A DNA stretch of 64,000 bases from a bacterium (lineage in GTDB: Bacteria; UBA8248; JACPRG01; G963555815), in NCBI GenBank assembly GCA_965218795.1, contig OZ244653.1, positions 2,816,001-2,880,000 on the forward strand. Direction: 5' to 3'. A model generated the notes under the pieces. It was not told the DNA's origin and did no database searches. It saw nothing but the letters and a program-made list of their open reading frames with translations. Numbering within the stretch: position 1 is the first letter of the stretch; every line of letters starts with the position of its first letter. Of this stretch, positions 10,290 through 20,172 are shown piece by piece. The translations under genes were made by a program, and so were the position numbers.

Positions 10290-11108
10290 GTGCCCTACAA
10301 GAAAGGCGAGCCCGTTCGTTGGGAACACCTGACCTGGGACGAGGCCGAGGCGATTTGCAAGAAGGTGGGAATGGCCATCGTATGTGTCGGGGCTATCGAG
10401 CAGCATGGGCAGCACCTTCCGGTCAACGTTGACATTTCAATCAATTACGAGATTGGCAAACGCATCTCCGCCGCGACCGGCGTCCCCATTCTTCCGCCTA
10501 TCTACCCCGGCGTTTCGGAATCCCACGGATTCGCCGGGACCATCTTCGTCCGTCCCGAAACGCTGTCCATGATGATGTACGACATCTGCCGAAGCCTGTA
10601 TGAGAAAAGCAGGGTCAAGAAGATTCTCGTCATCAACGGGCACATGTGGAATCAAGCCGCCAACCTGGCCATCCGGGACAACATCCGGTGCGATTACGAG
10701 GATCTGCAGATCCGCGTGCTCAACTGGTGGGACTTTGACCCGGAGGTCTACGCCCTGGTCGCCTCCGACTGCCCTCTTGGGAGGAGCCTGCACGCGAATA
10801 TCGGCGAGACCTCCTGCATGCTCGCCATTTCGCCTGAGCTGTGCGACATGAAGAAGGCCAAGCGGCTCAAGGTGGACAATCCGGAATATCCCCATTTTTG
10901 GGACTACCGGGAAGAGGAGATGACCCAGAGCGGCGTCATGGGGTCTGCGGCGACAAAGGCCACCGCGGAGCTGGGGGAGAAAATCATCTCACTGGCAGCC
11001 GGCAAACTGATCCCGGAAGTGAAGAAGGCCCTCAAGGAGAAACCCCGCTATAAGGCGCCGAACAAGCTGGCCAGGCCCCCGAAAGGCGACGGCTCAAAGA
11101 AAAAATAA
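10290..11108 (+). CDS. creatininase family protein (creatinine amidohydrolase-like)
   Basis: GAIEQHGQHLPVNVD, GVSESH, INGH, HANIGETS, SGVMG...AT motifs; GGAGG RBS before GTG 10290. Confidence 0.88.
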   Translation: MPYKKGEPVRWEHLTWDEAEAICKKVGMAIVCVGAIEQHGQHLPVNVDISINYEIGKRISAATGVPILPPIYPGVSESHGFAGTIFVRPETLSMMMYDICRSLYEKSRVKKILVINGHMWNQAANLAIRDNIRCDYEDLQIRVLNWWDFDPEVYALVASDCPLGRSLHANIGETSCMLAISPELCDMKKAKRLKVDNPEYPHFWDYREEEMTQSGVMGSAATKATAELGEKIISLAAGKLIPEVKKALKEKPRYKAPNKLARPPKGDGSKKK

Positions 11109-11138
11109 CCCTCATTCTCGGAAAACGGAGGAAATCCA

Positions 11139-11915
11139 GTGGTGTTCAAGGGCTGGAAGATGTACGACCTGACCATGGCCTTGGGGCATGATTATCCGGC
11201 CTTCCCCATTGGCTTGCAGGACGTCCGTATTGTCAGGGACGTGCGCCGGGCGCGCTATATGGCCAATGCGGACAAACTCGAAATGTCCTGCCATGCGGGG
11301 ACGCATTTGGACGGGCCCATGCATTTCGAGCCCGTGGGCAAGACCATCGATCAGTTTCCGCTGGCCGGGAAGCTGGTCGGGGAGGGGGTTATCGTCGATA
11401 TCAGCAAGCAGTGTGGAGATTACGATTTTTACGGTGAACAGGAGATCATGGACTCAGGCGCGGACGTCCGGCCCGGGGATATCCTGTTCATCCACACGGG
11501 CTACTGGAAATATGCACCGGGACTGCCCAAGGAGGATGACATTCGGTACTTCTACAAGCACCCGGGCCCCCAGATGGACTTCGCCAAGTGGTGCAGGAAG
11601 ATGAGGTTCAAATACCTGGGAATCGACGGGGGCAGCCAGGATCACCCGCTAAACACGGGTCTTCAGGGCCGGATTCCGTTCGTGGACGAGGAGTTTTGCA
11701 GGAAGCACAAGGTGGAGAACGTGCAGGATATCTTTCCCCGAAAGACCTGGCAGCTCATGCACAGCGAGCTCTTCAAGCACGAGATCATTCACGTCGAGAA
11801 CCTGGGGGGCGATATACAAAAGGTCGCCAACAAGCGGGCGGTCATCGGAACCTTTCCCCTGAAGCTCATCTCCGAATCTGCCCCTTGCCGGGTTGTGGCG
11901 TGGATCGAAGCGTAG
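11139..11915 (+). CDS. cyclase family protein (kynurenine formamidase/isatin hydrolase-like)
   Basis: HAGTHLDGPMHF (HxGTHxDxPxH) metal motif, HVENL, SAPCRVVA. Confidence 0.9.
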   Translation: MVFKGWKMYDLTMALGHDYPAFPIGLQDVRIVRDVRRARYMANADKLEMSCHAGTHLDGPMHFEPVGKTIDQFPLAGKLVGEGVIVDISKQCGDYDFYGEQEIMDSGADVRPGDILFIHTGYWKYAPGLPKEDDIRYFYKHPGPQMDFAKWCRKMRFKYLGIDGGSQDHPLNTGLQGRIPFVDEEFCRKHKVENVQDIFPRKTWQLMHSELFKHEIIHVENLGGDIQKVANKRAVIGTFPLKLISESAPCRVVAWIEA

Positions 11916-11955
11916 TGTACAACCAGGCATCTTCCCGAAAAAAAGATATTGTTAT

Positions 11956-11973
11956 AAATCCCTCACTCCGCCA
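11956..11973 (+). other. tRNA(Ser)-3'-end-like fragment, candidate att site
   Basis: AAATCCCTCACTCCGCCA resembles T-arm plus acceptor end with discriminator G-CCA (2 nt short); lies about 190 bp upstream of an integrase; no full tRNA present. Confidence 0.4.
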
Positions 11974-12166
11974 ATGATGCGCCCGATTGCGTCAGATTAG
12001 GATAATTATCTGTTTTTATTTGGCTATTTCTGTTTTTTGCCCACATCCCGCCCCTTACATTCCCGTCAAGCCTGTGCTCAAATACGCACCGATTCGATGC
12101 ATCTCGTGTGCGTTTTGATTACGGAATTACCTACCGGTCACCATGGAACAAAGGCAAGGATGGTCC

Positions 12167-12937
12167 ATGCCCAGACGAAGCGAGCTCAGGATCACCAAGC
12201 GCACCGTGGATGCGCTCACCGTCGAAGCCGAGGACGCCGTCTTCTGGGACCGGGACCTGGCGGGCTTCGGGGTGCGGGTCCATGCCACCGGTCGCAAGGT
12301 CTACGTGGTTCAGTCCCGGGGGCCGGCCGGGCCGAAGCGAGTGACCCTCGGGCGGCATGGGGACCTGTCGACCGATGAGGCGAGGAAACGGGCGGCCGTG
12401 GTCATCGACCGCATCAAGCGGGGCGAGGACCCCGTGCCCGCGCCGCCCGAACCGGACCTCACCGTGGCCGAACTGGCCGAACGGTTCCTGCGCGTCCATG
12501 TCATGGTGCATTGCAAGCCGAGCACCGCCGCAACGTATCGGTTCATGCTCGACAAGCACATCTTGCCGGTGTTGGGCGGGAAGGCGATCGGCGAGGTCGG
12601 ACGACGGGAGATTTCGGCGCTGCATCACCGGCTTCGCGACACGCCGACAATGGCCAACACGGTGGTCGATATCCTGTCGAAAATGTTCTCGCTGGCCGAG
12701 GCGTGGGACCGGATACCGCCCGGACGGAACCCGTGCCGGTCGGTGCGCCGTTACAAGACGCGGTCGCGGGAGCGGTTTCTGACGCCGGAGGAGTTTAGGC
12801 GCCTGGGCCGTGTATTGAGGGATGCGGAAACGGACGGCTCGGTGTGGCCGGCGGCGATTGCGGCGCTCCGGCTGCTGATGCTGACCGGATGCCGGAAGAG
12901 CGAGATCCTGACCCTGCGCTGAGATTTCATGGATCGC
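12167..12937 (+). pseudogene. truncated tyrosine integrase with Arm DNA-binding domain
   Basis: FWDRDLAGFGVRV Arm domain and LMLTGCRKSEILTLR, then TGA where W is expected; similarity ends about 12937. A stray IHDLRHS is encoded at 13600-13620. Confidence 0.85.
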
Positions 12938-14312
12938 TTTTTCCCACGCGTTGCGGCTGTTACATAACATATTGATATTATATGTAGATATCTGTTTCTC
13001 CATGCTTCCTGACTGACGGCTACCTGCAAAGTTCAACACTATTTCAACACGGAGATCGGGTCGTACCGAGTCGCGCTCCTGACGCCGTGTGCCGCCGCCG
13101 ATCCGCCGTTTCCGCCGATTCGAGACCATCGGCCGCGCGAATCGTAGCCGTTCGGACTCCGGCCCGGAGCCGCCCCGAACCCGGAAGCCCCCCGCCGGCG
13201 AGGGCCGCAATGATGGCGTTGACCAATGCCATCGCGTTGCCGGTGCGCCGTCCGTTGCCGCGAACCAATGCCGCGGGCGATCCCGTTCCAGGCGGTTCAT
13301 CTCCATTCCGGAACGATACCGTTCTCCCGCAGGAACTCTTCCACCAGCTCCGCAATCTGCTCTTCCTAGGAGGCGTAGAAGGCATGAACCGCACCCTCGT
13401 CGCGGACGTCACGCCGTTCGTGATGGCAATCGCGATGTGTGCGGCGGCGTTGGCAGCTTGGCGCGGAATCGCTCAGACATCAAGCAGATTCCGGGCGAGG
13501 TTCGCGGCATCTGCGGGCGCATCAAGAAACACAACAGTTTCGAGTGCCATCAACCAGGAACGGGCTGCAACCGGGTCTCCTACCCTTGCTTCCGCGACGA
13601 TTCACGACCTCCGTCATTCTTGTGTAACTTTAAGGGATTTCCACGTGCTCAAAAGTCTCGTATCTGTTTGTTATCACTTGTATTTCTCACCATCAACGCA
13701 ACCCGCCTGATTACGCCTTTCCTCATTACGTAATCGTTTCGCAATCGGATCTGATCAATATCCAGGCACGACATGTCCGCGCTTGTCGTAATCGTTCGGC
13801 CAGGCCGTGATGGCGGGACCGGGGCAACGGCGGTTCGGTGTCTTGTCCGAACGTGGTCGGTCCGGCCCAGTGTCTCGGCCATCTACGACAGCGACAGGAG
13901 AATCAAGCGGTTACGGTGAACGGCCAGCATTCTAAACTTGGTCGTCATTTCCGTGAACCCACCGTCGAGCTTGGCGCAGCCGATGCCGAGTCCGCTCCAT
14001 CACGGCTTGGCCGAACAAATGCCGCTTGTCGGTAAACGATGGGGTGGACGGCCCCAGAGCGGCCGATTCCGCGCCACCACCGCGCGGAGGAAAACACGCT
14101 TTCAATCCCGGAAAACGATCCGGACGCGCATAGCGCCCGGTCCGCCGATAAGCGCCATTTATCAAAGAAGTCCTGCCCTGAAACTGACACCAACCGCAAG
14201 CCCTACGGTCGACACCTGGCCTCGCCATGGGGGGTAACTCATCAATTTCATCCATATAAGCCTTCCAGCGCTAGATTGAAGATAGTTTCCTACGCCTACG
14301 GTGTCAGAATAA

Positions 14313-16331
14313 TCATGCGCTTAACGACTGTTGTGAGCGAACCAAGAAACGATGTCTCAACGGTCGAAGTTCGTGTTCCGCCGTAATCGACAGCGTTCCA
14401 TCTTTTGCATTGCCAAGCGTCAGCCGTTTCCCAGACACCTGATTTGAACTCGTTAGTCTGCGACACATCAAGTCTGCAAGGGCGTTATCTTCGACAGCAC
14501 AAACGATCTGACGACCACTTTGGCAAAGGTGGGCAAGCACTTCGGCAAGATGAATGGCGCGAAAATCATCGACGTGCTGAACAGGATCATCGAGAAGGAT
14601 CGATCTCCATCGACTCCAAGCAATCGACAGATTCATTGAAAGTAAGAATGCCAGCCCCGTTGCGCGACGTTGGCCACTAGAAAATACGAATTGTGGATTG
14701 ACATCGCCACCCACCTGCAACTTTAGAAACCGTCTAACGTCGCCTCGAACGCTATACTCAATATCGTCCCAAATCGGGTGAGGCCGAAGCCGTTTGTAAA
14801 GTTCAGACATCAATGGGAGTACTCGGTCTAGGCGCTGGTCCAACGATTCTGCAGCAGCGCGTCTCACAGCGTCGTGAACTACCTTAGCCCGTGTTTCCGC
14901 GAGACGAACTCGTCCGAGCCGCACCTCGGATCGTTCCACCCGCTCTCTTTCGTCTCTATGAACTTCCAACGCCTTCGTCAGCACTTGATTAAGGGCCATT
15001 GTGTCAAGAATTTTCAGTTCCTTCTCAATTGCAGCACGCTCACTCTCCAGCCCAACGACCTGCCCCGCTAAGCTATCAGGCGTAGCACCCGCAAGGCCGA
15101 CCGCCTCTTGAAAAGACTCAAAATCCCCAATCCTCGATAATGCTACATTTTGATGCTCAATAGCCGCATCCAGTTCACGTTTTGCAATTGCTACGCGCTC
15201 TGTTATTTCGGTGAGAGCTCGTTCCCTTTCTGCCTGTTCGACCGCTTGAGCGTCAAGTTGGCGAGCAATGGTCAGAGCAGATTCCAGACCTTCTATAAAG
15301 GCCGTCTCGCTGATTTCACTCTCACAAAGCGGGCAATGTCCCGCTCTAGTCCCAATCGCTCTCCCCAAATTGACAAGGCTTTCAAGTTGACGGGCTTCCA
15401 ATGAGATATCTGTTGATTCGAGTTTGGCACCTATGGTCGCCTTTCTGGACTCTAATTCCTCAGTGGCAGAAACCCATGCCATTTCTGCGTTCTTTACTCG
15501 TCTTTTGAGTTCGGAGAGATTAGTCCTCACTTGCTCTACTTCGGATAAGCGTTGTAAAAAACTATTTACCAGTTCCAGACGTGTTTGAAGCTCCGCGGTC
15601 CTTAGACGAGCAATATCGCCTAGCTCATCCGCAGGAGCCGTTGTATTTAGAAGAGATTGAAGACGTGTAACTGCGGTGCCAAGAAGGGACTCTGCAGTCA
15701 ATTCTGATCGAACCTGATCGAGATGCCTAACAGAGTTAGCGAGATTGCTATTAGCCTGTTCGAGTTCTACTACCGCAGTTTCAACTTTCTTTGACGCCGT
15801 TGATACGATCCTTGAAGCCTTGCTGATCCATTCCTCGGCATCAACCGCACCGATTGCGTCACGCAGCAACGTAAATCTTTCTCCTTCCTTCAAGTCAAGA
15901 CTGAGACGAGCAATATGTTCATCCCTTATGATAGTTGCAGCACAAAGTTGCGTGATTGCAGTTTTTGGGGAAAAGTCTCTATCAACCAGCTTCTCTATCG
16001 CGTGGGAAACGTCAAGGTCGACAGCGTCGAACGGCGTCCTTTTTACCGAATATTGTTCTGCACCATCATCAAAACCCACCTCTACGTAGCGTTCTCCTTG
16101 AACGTCACCGTCACCGCTCCACCAAAGATAGTCGTCAACAGACTCGCCCGATGCCCTTGCATCCAGGTATTTTGAAATTGATCCAGTTAGGGCAAATTCA
16201 ACCGCGTCGAAAATCGTACTCTTTCCAACTCCGTTTCGGCCATCGATGATGGTAAACGTATCAGAAAAGGAAATGTGGATTGGTCCGCTAAATCCACGAA
16301 AGCCACACAGATCGACGAACGCGAGTTTCAT
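14313..16331 (-). CDS. Rad50/SbcC/SMC-like ABC ATPase (LmuB-like)
   Basis: GRNGVGKST Walker A, long coiled coil with central CPLC zinc hook, FSSGQ signature, LLDDPVQHVD Walker B/D-loop. Confidence 0.88.
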   Translation of the reverse strand: MKLAFVDLCGFRGFSGPIHISFSDTFTIIDGRNGVGKSTIFDAVEFALTGSISKYLDARASGESVDDYLWWSGDGDVQGERYVEVGFDDGAEQYSVKRTPFDAVDLDVSHAIEKLVDRDFSPKTAITQLCAATIIRDEHIARLSLDLKEGERFTLLRDAIGAVDAEEWISKASRIVSTASKKVETAVVELEQANSNLANSVRHLDQVRSELTAESLLGTAVTRLQSLLNTTAPADELGDIARLRTAELQTRLELVNSFLQRLSEVEQVRTNLSELKRRVKNAEMAWVSATEELESRKATIGAKLESTDISLEARQLESLVNLGRAIGTRAGHCPLCESEISETAFIEGLESALTIARQLDAQAVEQAERERALTEITERVAIAKRELDAAIEHQNVALSRIGDFESFQEAVGLAGATPDSLAGQVVGLESERAAIEKELKILDTMALNQVLTKALEVHRDERERVERSEVRLGRVRLAETRAKVVHDAVRRAAAESLDQRLDRVLPLMSELYKRLRPHPIWDDIEYSVRGDVRRFLKLQVGGDVNPQFVFSSGQRRATGLAFLLSMNLSIAWSRWRSILLDDPVQHVDDFRAIHLAEVLAHLCQSGRQIVCAVEDNALADLMCRRLTSSNQVSGKRLTLGNAKDGTLSITAEHELRPLRHRFLVRSQQSLSA

Positions 16332-16864
16332 TCCCTGTTCTCCAAGAATTGAAATAACACAGAATCGCTCGCATTTGACAGAAATCCCTCGACCAATTCC
16401 GCAGGAAGTTCCGATGTGCGAAGCCTAATCTCAGCCATCATGTCAACCTTATCCAACCGAGGCGCATTCTGTACGCCTAGAAGCGGCATCAACGCGCTTC
16501 GCAATTCCTCAGCATGAGCAACACCAGCACGTGCTATCTTCCTCGTCCCAACAAGATCCTCTTCAATATTACCGAGGATAATATTTTGGCCGTAGTCACC
16601 CACTTCATCTGCCAATAGTACCAAATAGGCATTCCACGATTTCTCTCCTGCTTGTCGTAGAGACAATTGTGCGTGTTCCAGAATGCGCAAGGAAGATGTT
16701 CTCCAATTCTCTATCAATGTAGCTGCATCCGGATAGTGGTGAACAAAACCCAATACCGTATCGTTTTCGAACGTTGTAACGGTACCGTCTTGGGCCTCAA
16801 GGGTACCAATGCTATATCCCGCGCTTGATAAGTATTTATGCAACCTTGACTTCGTATTATTCAT
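16328..16864 (-). CDS. ABC three-component system middle-component-like protein (LmuC-like position)
   Basis: 178 aa; KSWNAYLVLL...IEEDL..TRKIA resembles ABC-3C MC1; ATGA overlaps with both neighbours. Confidence 0.6.
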   Translation of the reverse strand: MNNTKSRLHKYLSSAGYSIGTLEAQDGTVTTFENDTVLGFVHHYPDAATLIENWRTSSLRILEHAQLSLRQAGEKSWNAYLVLLADEVGDYGQNIILGNIEEDLVGTRKIARAGVAHAEELRSALMPLLGVQNAPRLDKVDMMAEIRLRTSELPAELVEGFLSNASDSVLFQFLENRE

Positions 16865-18186
16865 AGGTCGAACTCCTTAACCGCATCACCCCGCGAAAGC
16901 CATTTTCCGCTCGGCCCGCGGACGATGGACCCGTTGCCGGAACCTCTCGCTATGTTAGGGGGTAGTAAGTATGACTCGGCGCCTACGGCAACAGTAACAT
17001 CTGGAGCAATCGCTGGTGGTAACTTACCAGAAAAAGCAGCCTTGACTTCGTGGAGCGGCTGGTTCGCTGAGCGAACCACGCGGATTCGTGTTTCTCCGAG
17101 TTTCCAATAGCTTCCATCGGACACCGCCCCACGCGCTTGGAGTTGAAGAATAGTCATCCCGATCAGCGGCTCATCGGCTGGATCACGCTGCTTGGCAGGT
17201 TTGTTCGGTTTGCACCCTTCAAGGTCACGCCTCATCTGCCACAGTATTTCAGGATCTTCAGAACCAGGTTCCAACCAAGCGGCGGTGGCATCGTAACCTG
17301 CGTTTTCTTGAAATGCGGTCTTTCCGGAATGCAAGATACGGCGGATGAAGGATTTTGAGAAATCAACGCGAAGTCTTTTGAGAAAGGTGTCACTTGAACT
17401 GCGTACGTGGACAAAATCCATTGTGGCCCGCCGCCCAAGACTATAAAGGGCCGGTGCTTTTTCCTCGAATTCCGCAGTTTCGCAAGGATCGACAACGATA
17501 ACGCGGCTGGGATTGACCGTTCCAAGAGAATTTTCAAGAACTTGATTTAGGTAATCCCAATCAGTCGAATAACCTACAACCAAGAGATCGCGGTTTGCCA
17601 AACGTGTTTCTAGCCACTGCGCACACTCGCCGATCCTTGTCATGATCGGATCCGTGTCGATCTGGTTTGTTGCCCATATCGTCCCTACCGGATCATTCCA
17701 GCATCCGTGAATCTTTAGAAGCGGAGCCTTGTCATCAGGAAGGTTTAACATGTGCATGCGGCATACACCCGATCCAATGTGGCCGAACAACATATTTCCA
17801 GCAGCTTCAATAAGCGTATCAACATTGGTGGAAACAGTCGTCTTTATTCCTCCGGTAAGCATTAGATCAGCTACGGAGAAATGTCCAGAATTGGGCCATC
17901 CTGAAAATGCGTCGCGATCAATGTATGTACGTAAGTAGACAGTATAGAGCTCGTCTTGATTAAAGAAAAACTGCGCCTGATCTTCGATTGCCTCTGGAAG
18001 TGGCGGGCGAGTGGAACCAAAGGTCGCATCGTACTTCTCTTTGGCACTATGTGCCAACTGCGCTGCACTAGGGATTGAGCTTGGTGCAGCCATCGACAAT
18101 CCTGCCCCACACAGAAGTGCCAGACGATTGTTCAACAAAGCATCCATAGCTTTGTCGACACCATCTTGGAAAGCAATTTCTTTCAT
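16861..18186 (-). CDS. SIR2-family (SIR2_2) putative NADase effector
   Basis: LLCGAGLS, STNVDTLIE, LLKIHG, LLVVGYS sirtuin motifs; extra C-terminal region of about 150 aa. Confidence 0.85.
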   Translation of the reverse strand: MKEIAFQDGVDKAMDALLNNRLALLCGAGLSMAAPSSIPSAAQLAHSAKEKYDATFGSTRPPLPEAIEDQAQFFFNQDELYTVYLRTYIDRDAFSGWPNSGHFSVADLMLTGGIKTTVSTNVDTLIEAAGNMLFGHIGSGVCRMHMLNLPDDKAPLLKIHGCWNDPVGTIWATNQIDTDPIMTRIGECAQWLETRLANRDLLVVGYSTDWDYLNQVLENSLGTVNPSRVIVVDPCETAEFEEKAPALYSLGRRATMDFVHVRSSSDTFLKRLRVDFSKSFIRRILHSGKTAFQENAGYDATAAWLEPGSEDPEILWQMRRDLEGCKPNKPAKQRDPADEPLIGMTILQLQARGAVSDGSYWKLGETRIRVVRSANQPLHEVKAAFSGKLPPAIAPDVTVAVGAESYLLPPNIARGSGNGSIVRGPSGKWLSRGDAVKEFDL

Positions 18187-18827
18187 ATCAGTGTTTTGAC
18201 CCTACTAATTGTGCTTCCACGCTGTCGTACCTTATTCTGCCTATCTATCTCGATATACAACCGTGAAGAGTTAATTTCAAATTCGATGCATTCGAAATGG
18301 ACGGACACTTTCGAGTTGGTATTAGTCGCGATGTTAGGACAGACCACATCATCTCCTTGTCCCTAGCAAGCGTGCCGGTAATCGGATTCTCCATTAACAC
18401 CTACTCCTTTAATATTGATTGCTTCGTAGCGACGCCGCAAGCCGCATCCTGATTCCTCCATCATTGTATCGAAACCGCACCGATTCCACATTCTGTTCCC
18501 TGCTGACGGCATATGTCGTCTTGGCTGGTCCTTTTCCCCTTCATCTCCGACGCACGCGGCGCCGTGGGCGCAAATCTCTCGAACGCATGGCCGTGACTAC
18601 AGCATCGGTGTTTTCTGTCGAAAGGTACATGCCCGCTAGGTACCACGAAAAACACGCGATCTCGATCCCAAACTCTCGGGGATCGCCCTATGATATCCAA
18701 TCCGTACGATTTGGTGCGGCCATACAGGATTTTGTCGCCCCGGATGCGCGTTTTGCCTCCCGAAGGTCGTGGCTGTGGTTAGGCGGTTGAAACGTCCGGG
18801 GTCCGATTGGAGTTGACCCGGGCGATT

Positions 18828-19824
18828 TCAAGCGGTCAACGGAACGGTCTTGGCGAAGACCTCACATGGTGTCATCCAGCCGAGCGTTTGTCGAGGGCGG
18901 GCGTTGAACTCTCGAGCGACGGCGTCGAGCTCGTCCTGGGAGTGGAGGGATAGGTCAGTCCCCTTCGGGAAGTACTGACGCAAGAGACCCTTGGTGTTCT
19001 CGCTCGTTGCGCGCTGCCATGGGCTTTTCGGATCGCAGAAGTAGACGGCAACGCCGGTCTCGATGGTGAAGCGGACGTGCTCGGCCATCTCCTTGCCCTG
19101 GTCCCAGGTGAGCGTGCAACGGAGTTGGTTGGGCAAAGCCGTCAACTGTTCGGCGAGGACCCGCCGAACCTCAGGAGCCCCCCGCCCGTCCGGAAGGTGG
19201 AGGAGCAGCACATAGAGACTCCTCCGCTCGACCACCCCACCGATGGCTGAGTGACCTACCTCGCCAAGGATCAGGTCCCCCTCCCAATGCCCCGGGATGG
19301 CCCGATCGGAAGCCTCAGGCGGTCGTTCGGCGATCGAGACCATGTTGCGCAGCCGGCCGGCACCGTCGAGCCGTCGCCGAGAATGTCTGCGTGTGCGTCG
19401 GGTTCGCAGATACGCTGTGAGCTCTTTACGGAGCGCCCCGCGGGCTTGGACGAACAAGGACCGATAGATCGTCTCGTGAGACACATGCATCTCGGGACCG
19501 TCAGGATGCTCGAGCTTGAGGCGATGGGCAATCTGCTCCGGGGACCAGCGCTGGGCGAGCCACCGCTCTACCTTCGCACGCAGCCGTGGGTTGCGTGCCA
19601 GCTTCGCCGTCTTCGGTCGGCGCGCCATTCTCCTCGCCCGCCGCTCGGCTCGCCAGGCTCGATATCGGTTCCGAGATCCGTTGGCGACTACTTCCCGCGA
19701 GATGGTTGAGGGCGCTCGATTCAGCCGCCTGGCGATCGCTCTGAACGAATCGCCAGCCTTCAACCCTCGTGAAATCTCCTCTCGCTCCCCAACCGTCAGT
19801 CGAAGTGGAGAACGCACTCGCCGA
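18828..19824 (-). pseudogene. IS30 transposase, C-terminal part
   Basis: VSHETIY, GHWEGDLI, LTWDQGKEMAEH, SPWQR..EN, RQYFPKG motifs. Confidence 0.9.
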
Positions 19825-19893
19825 TGACCTGCCCCCTTCAAACGGGTCCAGTTTATAAATGAGTATTCCTGGATTTTCGGAAGGAGGGGAAGG

Positions 19894-20172
19894 ATGGCAA
19901 GGAAGCGGTTTACGGCCGAGCAGATCATCATCAAGCTGCGAGAGGCGGAGGTGGCCCAGTCCCAGGGGAAGACGGTAGGCCAGGTGTGCAAGCAGATCGG
20001 GGTGACGGAGCAAACCTACTACCGGTGGAGGAAGGAGTACGGGGGTCTGAGGATGGACCAGGCCAAGCGTCTGAAGTCCCTGGAGCAGGAGAATGCCCGG
20101 CTGAAGAAGCTGGTGGCGGATCTGTCCCTGGACAACCAGCTCCTGAAGGAAGTCTCCTCGGGAAACTTCTAA
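19894..20172 (+). CDS. IS3 transposase OrfA
   Basis: HTH EQTYYRWRKEYGG; ends at a GGGAAAC slippery site. Confidence 0.9.
   Translation: MARKRFTAEQIIIKLREAEVAQSQGKTVGQVCKQIGVTEQTYYRWRKEYGGLRMDQAKRLKSLEQENARLKKLVADLSLDNQLLKEVSSGNF

Noticed and set aside
11930-11975. Complete tRNA gene
   Set aside because: Only a 3'-end-like fragment; no D-arm, anticodon arm or 5' acceptor strand.
13932-14255. Fourth gene of the SIR2 operon (CGWC motif)
   Set aside because: Short, weak RBS, crosses a compositional junction and has no recognisable domain; cannot be supported.
18828-19991. Intact 387-aa IS30 transposase as given in the ORF track
   Set aside because: Its N-terminal ~55 codons come from the antisense strand of the inserted IS3; the true N-terminus is at 21095-21262.
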